A stretch of 64,000 nt of DNA from Tubiluchus corallicola (taxonomy: Eukaryota > Animalia > Priapulida). Below the pieces are notes generated by a model. The model searched no databases and was not told the DNA's origin. It saw nothing but the letters and a program-made list of their open reading frames with translations. The position numbers were made by a program, and so were the translations under genes. This document shows, one piece after another, positions 1-45,215 of this stretch (position 1 is its first letter; each line of letters starts with the position of its first letter). Location: NCBI GenBank assembly GCA_030141605.1, contig JAQGDQ010000016.1:1180282-1244281 (forward strand), written 5' to 3'.

Positions 1-273
1 AGCAAGCGAAGGCAATTAGCTGATCGAGCGCCCGAAGTTAAGCAACAGCTGATCCTGAGCAGTAAATGAATGGATAATCAATATGAAAATTGGTTCTGCG
101 GCTTCTTCTGCTATATTTCCCCGGCTCTTTTCCCTGCTGAAGAGAGGTACAATCGCGTCCATCTTAGAGGGCTGTCTTCGATAATAAGCAAGATCCCGTC
201 CAGTCACAACAATTTATAATAATCATTTGAACGCACGAAAGAATATTATATTAAAAAGTGTGAAAAATTTCAA

Positions 274-344
274 ACCACCGCTAGGACTCGAACCTAGGAC
301 TTATGCTGTCCAGGCAGCTATACTAGCCGCTACACCACAAAGGC
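274..344 (-). mobile_element. Degenerate tRNA-like sequence (tRNA-derived SINE head or tRNA pseudogene)
   Basis: Minus strand has A-box TGGTGTAGCGG and B-box GGTTCGAGTCC inside a perfect T-stem (CTAGG/CCTAG). Acceptor and anticodon stems pair poorly, so not called a functional tRNA. Confidence 0.6.
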
Positions 345-469
345 ACTTGACCTACTTGACGGCACGTATGCTACTAGTTGTATATGAATGAGGAATTAAA
401 GTCTACATTGTACCACATAGTACAAGATCAATTCTATGAACGCCCGAAAGCTGGTATAAATTATCCCTT

Positions 470-528
470 CATCGGGATTCGAACTCATAACCTACAATCC
501 GGGTTGCTAACCATTACGCCACAGAGAG
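470..528 (-). mobile_element. Second, internally shortened tRNA-like sequence
   Basis: Minus strand TGGCGTAATGG (A-box) ... GAGTTCGAATCCC (B-box); anticodon arm truncated. Confidence 0.5.
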
Positions 529-968
529 ATTTTTCAGAATAAAAAAAATACACTGGACGATGAAAAAGGTAACTAGCAGGTTGACCTAATTAGCAAACGC
601 CAAAAGACAAGATATTAGACAGGTTTCCATCATTTGTAAAAAATGTGGCACATGTTTTTCCTTCCATACAGGTGCTGCCAATGAAATTAGTATTCATCAG
701 TTTGTTAGATTTGAGTGCACGCATGCGCAAGTCAACTCAAAAATAAATGTAAAGACAAGCATAATAATTAGTAAGTTACGGAGGTAACCTTAGTCATCAG
801 AATACCGACCAACCAAAAGCTGTACTGCCTGTAGATTTTTGCATCAGTAGATTTAGTATAATAAATGCATATTATGTTAAAAGTAATTTTTAATTTTTTT
901 GTGCGTATGCGTTGAGAAGTTATATTTTGTAATTGAATTTTAATTTTACCTATGTAAATTTTATGTCT

Positions 969-974
969 TTTATT
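969..974 (-). terminator. Candidate polyadenylation signal for GPCR cassette B
   Basis: Nearest AATAAA on the minus strand after the stop at 1249 (~275 nt). The hexamer is common in AT-rich DNA. Confidence 0.35.
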
Positions 975-1106
975 CACAATTTAAAAAATTAACTCTTGTA
1001 ATAGTAGTTTAACACTATTGCCTACAACAGGCATTGAGTGGTTACACATATAGTATTTTCACGTATTTTATCACACCTGTAAATGTGTAGAACTTATGCA
1101 ATAAAG

Positions 1107-1109
<3 letters not shown>

Positions 1110-1152
<43 letters not shown>
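1110..1152. repeat. (TA)n microsatellite
   Basis: Direct reading; preceded by caataaagat. Confidence 0.95.
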
Positions 1153-1156
<4 letters not shown>

Positions 1157-1248
1157 CACTGCTGTGATGGCAGTGCTAATCGTGCAAAGTTAACAGCGCA
1201 GTTCACAGCGGGTATTGCTCTCCTCAATTTTTCCCTAGTTCTTATGCA

Positions 1249-33707
<32,459 letters not shown>

Positions 33708-33820
33708 GTTTTGGAATAATATGGTCGCCAGTAAAAGCAAATTAACGTTCAGCGTCCACTGAAGTATGACTGCTGCCGCTAGCCACTGGTGATTAATGAA
33801 GAGACTGGTCCTTCAGGTCA
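33708..33820 (-). other. 5' UTR part of the first coding exon, preceded by a strong splice acceptor
   Basis: gttcttttcttttcttatag acceptor at 33821-33840 implies an upstream non-coding exon. Confidence 0.65.
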
Positions 33821-34254
33821 CTATAAGAAAAGAAAAGAACTTCGTAAAGAAGAATTTTGATTTTTTACAGCTTCCTACTAGATAAAAACTAGGAAAAATA
33901 TTTATTAATGGTAAATGACATTAACATTATCGCGATTAACATTATCGTTTATTTTCATAAGCAGTTGTGTAATGCATCTTATATTATGTACGTATAAATA
34001 ATGTAATGTACATACCCTCATAACGTTTCTTGTATATATTTCTTGCATATACAATATATATTGTATATATATACAGGGCCTAGTATATTTTTCACGGTCA
34101 TAAACTCTAACCTCACTATCAACAACAATGCAAAAGGTAAAGAACAATGTTGATATCGATCCCTTCCCCAATTCTACCTAGCCAATCACAAGACAGGTCA
34201 CGTGACTTTCACAGAAATTATACCTGGTTCTACATTATACATAATGGTAATCCC

Positions 34255-34480
34255 CCAATTCGCCAGTTATCTTTTCGCCAGTCTACTTTTTCGTCAGTGC
34301 ACTTTTTCGCCAGTCTACTTTTTCGCTAGTGCAATTTTTCGCCAGTCTACTTTTTCGCCAGTGCACTTTTTCGCCAGTCTACTTTTTCGCCAGTGCACTT
34401 TTTCGCCAGTCTACTTTTTCACCAGTGCACTTTTTCACCAATTACTTTTTCGCCTGGCGAAAAAAGTAGACTGGCGAAAC
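34255..34480. repeat. 15/16-bp unit array TTTTTCGCCAGT(CTAC/GCAC) ending in an inverted copy
   Basis: About 12 alternating units, then ttttcgcctggcgaaaaaagtagactggcgaaa, the reverse complement of the unit. Confidence 0.9.
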
Positions 34481-36144
34481 GATATACAATCATACATAAT
34501 AAACCCTGTCCTAGTAAAAGTTTTCAACAGAAACAACACTGCACGCGAGTTCTTCAAATGGAAAAAGAACTTTCTCTTGGAAATTCAACAATCTAAACCA
34601 CACACGCAGCGCCGCCAAGCGTATCAGACGTGCAAGATTACACCATTTTCCTCTTCAGTGTAAAATCAATAAAAACTTTTCATCAAAATACTAATCATTA
34701 GTAGCTTCTCAAGAATCTGTAATTGAGTTCAATCACTGACTAGTGAAACACGGGATGAATCTAAAGCGGGCATTCTTGCTTTTTGGTCATTATCATGAAA
34801 TCTATCAAACTGTAACGCTTAGCATTTTACATGCTTTATCTATTAGCTCTGACATTCGAAGCATTGCTGACAATCGTGTAACCTTACCATAAGAGTCTCA
34901 ATGGAATTTGAACATGACAAGCAAATGTAAGTTCGCCTGTGTCAAAGACAAAAATCTCAACAGCTACTGCGCAGACGGAAAGATAACTATTGCGCATTTA
35001 CTTTTAGATTTTACAATGCCAATGTGTACATGTACATACAGAACAATATGTAATATACAAAGTTTATAAATCATCAGCACATGAAGACACAACAAGTCGA
35101 AATTGTAAGAAAACTTGTGCAGAGTGAACTTAACAAATGAGTGGACACAAAAAAGATAATTTAAAAAAAGAAAAAATGGTGATGAAAAAAACACAAAAAC
35201 GAGAAATTGGGACACAGACATATAAGTTGCCGTCAATATTAACTTTTTTTTGTCATAACTGACTAACTGACGCACTACCATCATTATCTTAATCATCGTC
35301 GTTGCCACTGCGGTCGTTGTGGTCACTGTTATCGTCAAAATAATTATCATCATCATCATCGTCATGATGCCGCCGCCGTCGTTGTTGTTGTTGTTGTTGT
35401 TGTCGTCGTCGTTATCATCACCACCACCATAACCATCATTTTTCTTTTTGCTTCTCTTCTTTTCACAAATTTCGTTTTTTGTTTTAGCGTTTCTCTTTTT
35501 TAATAGCTAAAAACACGTATCAGCAGCATCTGTATTATATTACTCTGATTTGCTTTGAGTGAATTAAAAACATTTGCCTTTGATTAGAGAATCCCCGTTC
35601 AAAAGAGGCATAACAAGATTACTAGAGCAATCATAAAGAACGCAACATGGTAATTAACACGGTATTTTTGATTTGGTTTGTAATCATACCGCTTTATTGC
35701 TGAAAAAATAATTAAAACGATGAACGAGTATGAGTCATAAAGTCTAATTACACTCGACGCTTTGAGTGGGTCGGATACAAGTTCACTTTAGACTTGTCTT
35801 TTGTGACGGAACGGAAGTGTACGAGAAAATTAAAATTTAACGCGTTGCATAATAATTATATTATAATTAATTGAAGGCGTGGTACGTTTGAGTCGATCTA
35901 ACCACGTGACTGGGTTTAAAATCAATCTAATGTTTCCAATAATATTCTGTTGTTAACTTCCAGCTATAGTGACTTTAATTTTCAATGTTTTATGTTGCAA
36001 AACATTTTTTGTAAACATTTATTTGAAATAATTGCCTTTAGCAAATAAATGCTGATCAAATTGCTTCAGGCTGCAAAATTTACAGGAGTGCAGTTTGACA
36101 GGAAAAACAAATCTATCACAAAATATACATAACTATTCCAATTG

Positions 36145-36392
36145 TTAATTATGATAATTAAAACGGTTAGATGAACCAATATATTGCTGCACCAGATCAA
36201 ATAGAATGATGTTCTGTTCATAACTTAGTAGTGAACTACCTGAAAGAAAAACTGAAGTTTCTAATTGTGGGTTAAAGTTATTTATATTAAAAGGTAATGT
36301 GTTTGTTTGGTATAGGTTTGTTAGTCGTTCTTTGAGGTCCTCTCTACTAGCAACATGCAAAGGGCAATCGAGCAAAAAATGTTTAATACTTT
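36145..36392 (-). mobile_element. LINE ORF2 C-terminal fragment (partial CCHC knuckle)
   Basis: ESIKHFLLDCP...R..L...FLSGS...N..LF..VQQYI..SNRF* is a typical LINE ORF2 end. Confidence 0.7.
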
Positions 36393-36935
36393 CAAAACAC
36401 TTTAAATCTGAAAACAGGCTACCTGTTGAAATTGTAGACATAATTTAAGAGCTAGACACATTTTTTGCTATTGCTTCTTTTGCTGAAACTGTTGTTGTTA
36501 CCACAGCTATTGTTGCTGCAGTTGTTACTGTCTTCTAGATGTGGCAACTGATTTTATTGGGGGTCCTACTCAGCAAATTTTATACCTATAAGGCAAAAAT
36601 AAGGAACTTCCGTCTAAAAACAGTAACGAATATTCAGACATATCCAAACCCTAAGGTCCGCGCAGACATGTAAAACTTAAGAAACTGTTGATTAACTATC
36701 TGCATAACATTTCAACAATAGTTGATTCTAAATTAAAAGGTACGACTTATTTTGCTAAGAATTAGTGTATTCAATTAGCACTGTGAAACATATGTAGATG
36801 TGTTTGTCATAAATTATGGTATTTTTTAATATACTGCGCTTAAAAAGAACCCTGTAATTGTAGGGACGTGTTCCTGTATGCCTTGTTTTTTTAATTGTGT
36901 CATTTATTAATTGTACTTGAGCTTATGTTTGTAAA

Positions 36936-37044
<109 letters not shown>

Positions 37045-37214
37045 TCTTTCATCGCTAAACAACATTTGTATTAATATTTCGAGTCTTTTAACTGCATAGA
37101 TGGCTCCATTCGTTCACTTTTAAGCAGTTTTTGTTATTAAGGTAGCATATCACATTATGGTGCAGCTGCTACACCAATTGAGCTTAAATTTTGCATGGAT
37201 TATATTGTAAAATA

Positions 37215-37412
37215 TGCCCACAGTATAGTAAGAGAAGGCCAAAGATAAGAGTCGTTTCTCTCAGGTAATGCTGTAACGCTTCTCCACTTGATGTCGAGCT
37301 TACGCAGCAGTTCATCAAAACTATTTGAACTCATCCGATAATAACTAAATTACTCGGATGAAGCCAGTAAAAGTGGTCATAGAGCTTATAAAATCGCCCT
37401 TTCACTAATCGC
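37215..37412 (-). mobile_element. PIF/Harbinger transposase N-terminal relic
   Basis: Across a frameshift it reads RLVKGRFYKLY.../FSYYRMSSNSFDELLRKL, matching the F..Y.RMS..SF..LL motif of Harbinger transposases. Confidence 0.65.
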
Positions 37413-37909
37413 TGACTACCTCTTCAATCTTCATAGCGCCAGTTGCGCAATTTAAAATTGCTTGTCTGGGGGTGCGATTTTGGTGCACGAGTAAAATTGC
37501 TACAATTTTCGGCTGCACAACTTTTAATTGCGCAACTGAAAATTGCACATCTACGCGGGGACTAATAAGCTTGAAATTTAGTTCAACACGTTTGTTCTTC
37601 TCGTTATACAAACGAGAAGTGAGGATCCCGCTGCTAAATGAACTGCCCCAGGCCTGCCCAAGCTCATATAAAGTAATTGATGAAGAATTTGTTAAATGGC
37701 GCACAAAACGGTATAAAAGTAAAAATAGTGCGCGCACATCAATTCATGGTTAATTAAGCGCATAATTTTACAAGTTTTGCGCAATTATAAGGCAAGATTT
37801 TGCCAATTTTAATGTAGCAAATGAAACGACATCGCAATAAACGTACCCAAGATTTTATACATTTCGTAATTAGAAATAGCAAATGAGTAGTACAAAGAAG
37901 CGCCTTTTT

Positions 37910-38750
37910 TATTGTTGTTGTTGCTGCTGCTGCTACTACTGTTGCTGTTGTTGCTGTTGTTGTTGTTGCTGTTACTGCTGTTGCTGCTGTTGTTGTTGTT
38001 GCTGTTGTTGTTGTTGTTGTTGCTGTTGCTGTTGCTGCTGCTCTTGTTGTTTTTGTTGTTGCTGCTGTTGTTGTTGTTGTTGCTGTTGCTGCTGCTGTAG
38101 TTGCTGCTACTGCCGTTGCCGCTATTGCTGTTGCTATTCCTGTAGCTGTTGTTGTTGTTTTTGTTGTTGCTGTTGTTGTTGTCGTTGTCGTTGTCATTGT
38201 CATTTTCGTCATTGCCGTTGTTGTTGTTGTCACTGCTGCTGTTGCCATTGCCGCTATTGCTGTAGCTGTTGTTGTTGTTTTTGTTGTTGCTGTTGTTGTT
38301 GTCGTTGTTGTTGTTGTTTTTGTTGTTGCTGTTGTTGTTGTCGTTGTTGTTGTGATTGTCATTGTCGCCATTGCCGTTGTTGTTGTTGTCACTGCTGCTG
38401 CTGCCGTTGCCGCTATTGCTGTTGCTATTCCTGTAGCTGTTGTTGTTGTCGTTGTTGTTGTTATCACTGTCGCTGTCACTGTTGTTGTTGTTGTTGCTGC
38501 TGCTGTTGTTGTTGTCGTTGTTGTTGTGGTTGTTGCTGCTGGTGTTGTCATTGCCGCTATTGCTGTTGCTGTTCCTGTAGCTGTTGTTGTTGTCGTTGTC
38601 GTTGTCGCTGTCGCTGTTGCTGTTATTGTTGTTGTTGTTGTTGTTGTCATCGTAGTTGTTGCTGCTGCACATGCAGTTACCGCTATTGCTGTTCCTGTTC
38701 CTGTAGCTGTTGTTGTTTTTGTTGTTGTCGCTGTCACTGTCGGTGTCGCT
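37910..38750. repeat. Cryptic (GTT/GCT/GTC)n repeat with higher-order structure
   Basis: The motif ccgctattgctgttgct(a/g)ttcctgtagct recurs near 38120, 38410, 38555 and 38680, with a shortened version near 38250. Confidence 0.9.
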
Positions 38751-39029
38751 GTACACGTTTAGTAGTTTTATTACCAGGTGTGGCAATAATGTGTATTTCT
38801 AGGACTGACTCTAATAAGAAAGCTGCCGGCGATAAGTTCACGCCATGCTTAAAAGTAATTATTGAGAATTAGCGACGTTATTTAATTCTTAACTCTCAGT
38901 GGATGTTAAAGGTACTGAAATGTTATCCTACAGAGCAAAAAGTAGATCTCGATGCGGTAATTTTCAAATCTCAGTCAGTAGAAGAAGCTCTTAACTTGAA
39001 AGAATTAACATTCTGTATATCGCGTATAA

Positions 39030-39073
39030 TGTCGATAACGATAACGATAACGATTACCACAACCATAACCATA

Positions 39074-39108
<35 letters not shown>

Positions 39109-39265
39109 AACGATAACGATAACGATAACAATAACAATAACAATAACAATAACAATCAAAATAGCAATAGCAATAGCAATAACGATAACGATAACAATAA
39201 CGATAACGATACCAATACCGATAACGATAACGATAACAATAACGATAACTAACGATAATGACAAT
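39030..39265. repeat. (ACGATA/ACAATA/ACGATG)n hexamer microsatellite
   Basis: Direct reading. Confidence 0.93.
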
Positions 39266-39809
39266 AAAAAATAATAATATGCCAAACAAATACGTACGAG
39301 AGAAAGAATCTCTATCTGCATCCAATGAGCATTTCGCATTTACCCATATTTCTTTTGGCAGCACTTAACAACGCGCCATTAGGCTCTAAAATCGAATACA
39401 GTCTTTGTATGAATAAGGATTTCTTTTTTCACTTGATTGAAAAAAACATCGTAAATTTAGTTGTCTTAATAATTGCCACTGTAACAGTAACATAGTGAAA
39501 AGGCCATATATGACAGGGGTGGTGCCAAGAGCCAGAGTTGAAGACACCGGGGAAACCAAGCGAAGTGCAAGAAATATGATTTTGAGAATCTCTGTCTTAG
39601 TATAGTGATGCAGTGAATCGGCAGGCTATTTATGTTAAAGGACAAGAAAAGGGGTACCTCCCGTTGAAAGGATTTTTTGTTTGTTTCATTTCAAATACTC
39701 CCCCCCCCCCCCCCCCGACACTGTACCGATCGCGTCCTCATTACCTGATGTCATATATGCACAACGTAAATCAGGGGAAGAAAAGTACATGTTAGACTAT
39801 GTCCCAAAA

Positions 39810-40250
39810 AACTTTCTATGCAAAGCTATGTTACTTAGCATTTCGCTTACCTGCTTAAATGACTTACGTAACTAGAATAGAAAATATTTAATTATTTAAA
39901 ATGTTTTCACCAATAGGTAAAATGTCGCTGTCTCACCCTCCAGGGTGCACCACTCACTAACCAAAAAACATATTTTTAATCTTATTGACAAGATACAGTA
40001 AATTAAAATTTTACTTACTTAGTGACGTGTGCGCTACGAATGCTCAGATTATATTTCCAAATTTTACTCAGTGTTATCTAAACTTGCCTCAAATGACTTA
40101 TCGTCAAAATGGCTGCTGCTAACTGTCATCGTGGGAGTTTCAATTTACATGTTTTATACAGCGTTAAGGCCGACGCAAACTCTGCATGCAAAAAGACAGT
40201 GCGTAAGTGGTATAAATTTTGAAAACGAATTTTTTAAGCTTTATGTAAGT
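39810..40250 (+). mobile_element. Dispersed repeat family 2 copy
   Basis: Collinear with 45395-45852 (caaagctatgtt...gacttacgtaa.tagaa...gtgcaccact...ctacgaatgctc...tcaaaatggctgct). Confidence 0.75.
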
Positions 40251-41397
40251 GGACGGTATTGTGGAGGGCACAAGGGTATCCCTTTTTTAGTTTGAGGAAG
40301 CTCAAATTTGGCCACCTACTTTGTCACACATGCAAGTTAATATAGAAACTTGTGACAATTTTCAAAAAAAATATCAATCTGTACTAAATAGTTATGCACT
40401 AATATATATTAAGGTTCATTAATGCTGTAATTGTAGCTTATATACAGCTAGATTGAAATTCTAAAATTATATACGGTGTGTGATGAGTATCCCAGTACAA
40501 TGAGTGGATGGTTGATGAAATGGCTCTTTATGGAGGTTTATATTGTTCTCTTCTCTAACAGCTGGTAACATTTAGCAATGATACAAATGAGAACATTTGT
40601 AAGAACGATACGCTCGTATATAAAATTATTATTTTAAAGAAAATTTTCCGTTTTAGATCAGCTGGCTGCATATCGTTCTAAGCAAGTGACTTGTGCTTTA
40701 AAATTATTGCTGACTTCGGGAAAAGTCACCAACAAAACACTACAAAATGTCACAGATTATCTGTGCAATGCACTAAGTCACAACATTTTAGCTCTGCTTT
40801 TGCGCATATGACAACACAGATATCTGCTCACACATACACGCGCTGTCAAGGTGTGTTTGTTTATCGAGCAATTGTTATAGCAAATAATTTAGACACTACA
40901 TTATTTAGCGTCCATTAACGTTTGGGCTGCAGTACATAACAGGCCTACGCGTGAATAAGAAAAAACATTTTCCATAATGTAGTGTTAGCTTTCTTGTACT
41001 AAAGTTCTGCATAATATGGTTCAGCAAAAATAATCAGGTAGCTTAAAATATTAAGAAAAAATTGTAGTCCATCCAATAGATGCGTTACATAATGTTATTT
41101 CACGATTTTATAAATATCAATTTTATGGTCAATTTTAGTTGGTTACAATACGTAATAAACTATCCATCTTTGTAATAAAGGATTAATTCGACGTTATCGC
41201 TTTGTTCTACATACAAAAGTGACAAATAAATTACTTCAGTTTCTCAAGAATCTATAATTACAATTAAAGACTCGCTAATATCCAGTGAGACGAATAACGA
41301 AATTTAAACACAGAAAAAAAAACCAAGATTATTCACAGTTGATTACAAATGTACAAACGTATTAAACATATGATAGAGCGTTCACTGCTTCGTTCTT

Positions 41398-41823
41398 TTA
41401 AAGGCAAAAAGGATGATTTTTCATATCCTCCCCAATTTTGAAGTTCGGGAAAAAGATACATTTTAACGCTTATAATCACGCCAAGGCGTTTCTGATAATG
41501 AAATAATAAGCTAAAAACGTAATTAACGGCTGGTGAGCCCAAATAATAATGACATCCACAAGCGTACTGCACGTATTCGTAAAAAAAAATTGAAGTACAC
41601 TGCTACTGTACAATAATCAATGTGATTTAAGTTTAAAATTCAAATTTCAAGTTTACATCTGTTCTCATGCATGAGCTTTCGCATGTGTGCACTATGTCAC
41701 AACTGAACAACTCTGGACTGAAAGGGACAGCACCTGTTTTTTTTCTGCAACACGTTTTCGAGATGCAGGCGCTGGTGCCCGTCTAACTAGAGACAGGTAA
41801 AATTTAGGTAGTAAAGAACTAGT
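41398..41823 (+). mobile_element. Kolobok-like element, copy 2 (3'-truncated)
   Basis: TTAAAGGCAAAAAGGATGATTTTTCATAT start; shares cagcacctgtttt and atgcaggcgct with copies 1 and 3. Confidence 0.7.
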
Positions 41824-41900
41824 CACAGGCTGCTCAGTGGTGATAGTGGTGATACAATATCAAAATTGAGTTAATTAATTCCACTACGAAGTATACTCAC

Positions 41901-42350
41901 TTTGCATCTAGCGATAAAGCTTAATCAAGACGCAAAAAGCTTCTCAAAATGTGGAAAAAAGCGTCAATTATTTGACAGTTCATCTCATTTCGAGCAACTT
42001 GACTTTACGACAAACATTTTTCGATTTTCGACTTTCGAGAACAAATAACAAATCACTTCTAGCCGCACTTCACAGCGATAAACCCTAAAAACCGGTGTTA
42101 AAACGCCGAGATGTCGGCGGTCTATACTTTACACGTCGGCGCGATGAAACCTGTCAATTTTTGCGTCGTTACGTCCTTTGCGCTCAGAGAGCAAAACGAA
42201 ACTCACGTGGTAGCAGTTAAGTTCGAGATTGGCTTCATATAACCTTACCATTAGAGCAGTTCCTCGTGTGTTGCGTGTTAATTACTGCGAAGTATGCAGG
42301 GGTGGCAAACAGTGCGCGCAATCTCTGCAGTAACAGTAACTGTGTAACTC
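41901..42350 (-). promoter_or_regulatory. Candidate promoter / non-coding first exon of the GPCR
   Basis: Locally CpG-rich, apparently non-repetitive stretch ending in a consensus donor CAAA|gtgagt at 41900; a partner acceptor exists at 33821. Confidence 0.3.
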
Positions 42351-42924
42351 GGGGCAATCAAAGGTCAAGCTAATCTCAAAATTATGTTTTTTTAGATTCT
42401 ACACGCATTCTTTGTCGGCTTGCTTCATTAATAACCTTGATTTTAGCGCTCACTTTAATACTCCTTGTTTAACATCGCTGTAAATAAGGTTACACGCACA
42501 AATTAGAAAAGCTAATTACAGAATGCGTAACATGTAATATTGTAGAATTCACTCTAGTATCTATGTAAAATTTTTTAATAGTTGTACAGAAATTTTTGCC
42601 TGCAAAAAAGGCTAATAAAGACTTATCATCATCATCATTTTGTCGGACTGCCATTAATATGCCAGCCAAATTGCCAATGTATAGTAGGGCTAGGTTAGTT
42701 CTGCTAGTAGTGTAAACTCTTAAAGAGGTTTAGAAACGTTTTAGTCGGCCAAAAACAAAAATCCTTTTTTCAGGCTGGTGACAGTCTATTATCGAGATAT
42801 GCTGGCAATATAAATTCTTACATAAAAGGGTTTGAACTGGCAATAGCCAAATGTCCTTTTTAAGCAGTTGAGTTAATTACTATGATTAGCAGCATAAAGC
42901 TGCCACAAAGAACGTCAGGACGTT

Positions 42925-42949
42925 GAGACATTCAGACAGACAGACATTC

Positions 42950-42994
<45 letters not shown>

Positions 42995-43023
42995 AACAGA
43001 CAGACAGACAGACAAACAGACAG
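42925..43023. repeat. (GACA)n microsatellite
   Basis: Direct reading. Confidence 0.9.
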
Positions 43024-43432
43024 AATATAAACACAGAATGAGTTGACATAAATATAATGCACGGATAGGAGGACGCAAAACATATTTTACATAAATATTA
43101 GATCTGTCAAAAAAGCTCAGTTTAATGCAAGAGTTGTTAGGTCAGCCGCCCTGATGCGCGCGATGAAAAAAAATCGCATATGCATGAGAAGAAAAAGGGA
43201 GCAAAGAAGTCATTGGTCGTTTGCCACATACGTTAGACATTACATGCAGTTTTGTTGAGTTTGGCTTTTCAGCTGGCGGTGAATTACTATTGTCCATTGT
43301 GCACACTTAGCGTGACCTTCCTAGCAAATTGAAAGTTGATATTGCAATACAAAAGCCGTAACGTAATCTTGTACTACAGGTTATCTTCTTTGCACAGACT
43401 GAATAGGAAGCTACAACGTACAAGTTGCAGGC

Positions 43433-44017
43433 TTAAAGGGAAACAGGATGATTTTTCATATACTACCCCATTTTCAAGTACGGCAAGTAGTATACTTTTT
43501 AACAGGTGCAAAAGCATTTCTGATAAATAATATATTAAAATCTTAATTAACGGCGGGCGAGCCTAACAAGTGATGACATCAACATCTAACATAATTTTTA
43601 ACATCAAAAACATTCGCTGAGCGCATGCTTCCGAAAGCGAAAATTGAAGTACAGTGCTACTGTAAGAGATTCAGTGTGTTGTAGTAAAACTCGGCAAGTT
43701 TTAAGATAAAAATTCAAATTTCAAATTTACCGCTGTACACACGCAAGAGCTGTCGAACGTGTAGATTTCGTCACAAATTAGCACATCCGAACTGAGAGGC
43801 ACAGCACCTGTTTTTTCTGCAACTCTTTCCGAAATGCAGGCGCTAGTGCCCGTCCAACTAGCGAATGGCGAAATGTATGTAACAGCGAAAAGCTGGTGGC
43901 GCCAACGCGAAATTGTGTTTGTGTGGTAATAATTCTTTCGCGTAAGTCATTTTTGAAAAAAAATAGTATGTTATTGTTTTGACTTACAGTTTAACATTGG
44001 GTCCGGTTTTGCTTTAA
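43433..44017 (+). mobile_element. Kolobok-like element, copy 3 (complete)
   Basis: TTAA-AGGGAAACAGGA...TCCGGTTTTGCT-TTAA. Confidence 0.78.
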
Positions 44018-44880
44018 AAGGAGCTTAACAATGTAAAGCCCTTAGAGCGGTGGTCAAAACCTGATGGTCCAGCGTTGACCTAGCTCACAGTGCTGATCAA
44101 GGTTTTTTAACTTGTGTTAAGCCAATTAACATTTTGTTAGTAGATTCTCGCCCCTTGATGTTTTAATCTGGCCTTGACTTAGTCTGATATTTGGACTTGA
44201 ACTGGGTTAGGTATAGGTGGGTGCCAGTAATATTTCAATTAACTTTAGTTTCAGCTATGTCGTTGCTGACAAGTCTTCTTGAATAATAACGTTGATCCCC
44301 TGATAAAAGAGAGGTCTGCTACATTTCACGTACACGAAGCCTCTGCAGAGTTGGCCACTTTCCAAATGGCGCTCCAGCACTCAGCGACAGGTCCTACTAT
44401 ATGTACATGTTTGTGGCGAGACCGGTGCATAGCTCGTTATCAAAGATTAAATATTAGTTAGATTATTGAGTGAGATTATTAGTGACCACACAGCTAATAA
44501 TCACACCCTCTACACCAGCTTTACTTATCTAGCTGCTTTTAAACACGTTAAGTGATGTTTTTCAAAGTTTATCCTCACAAAATCGTCTGACATGATGATG
44601 TAAAATGTTATGACATGCTGTAAGTTAAGTTATACTTTTAAGGCCACGTATCCACTAAAAGTACAAACAGACACGCACAGAAACAAATTTTTTCCTTCTG
44701 ACATTTTCTGCTGCAAAAACTGCATCAGCTAAGCACGCGCGCAACGCAAGAAAGCTTGAAAATAAATCTGATATGTGGCTGAAATACTGTTAGAACAAAA
44801 TATAATTTTTTTACTCTAAAAAACTTTTAATGTTGTGGTAAGAAAGGGTTCAAACAATCTTTGAAAAAAGAGCAAAATAA

Positions 44881-45215
44881 GTAAACATTATAAGTTGTAC
44901 AAGACGAAAACAAAACTAATATATTCGTTAGTCAAAGTAAACATTATAAGTTGTACAAGACGAAGAGAAAACTAATATATTCATTAGTCAAAGTAAACAT
45001 TATAAGTTGTACAAGACAAAGAGAAAACTAATATATTCATTAGTCAAAGTAAACATTATAAGTTGTACAAGGCAAAGAGAAAACTAATATATTCATTAGT
45101 CAAAGTAAACATTATAAGTTGTACAAGGCAAAGAGAAAACTAATATATTCATTAGTCAAAGTAAACATTATAAGTTGTACAAGACAAAGAGAAAACTAAT
45201 ATATTCATTAGTCAA
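44881..45215. repeat. 56-bp minisatellite x6
   Basis: gtaaacattataagttgtacaag...ttagtcaaa at 44881, 44937, 44993, 45049, 45105 and 45161; no unique spacers. Confidence 0.95.

Noticed and set aside
16-207. 63-aa minus-strand ORF as a possible third receptor cassette
   Set aside because: No TM3 or other GPCR motif; the region looks repeat-derived.
33708-33740. ORF-track TTG start extending the N-terminus
   Set aside because: Eukaryotic gene; the ATG at 33707 has a good caaaacATG context.
44881-45215. CRISPR-like appearance of regular repeats (also 34255-34480 and 62439-62846)
   Set aside because: Head-to-tail units without unique spacers, no cas genes, eukaryotic context.
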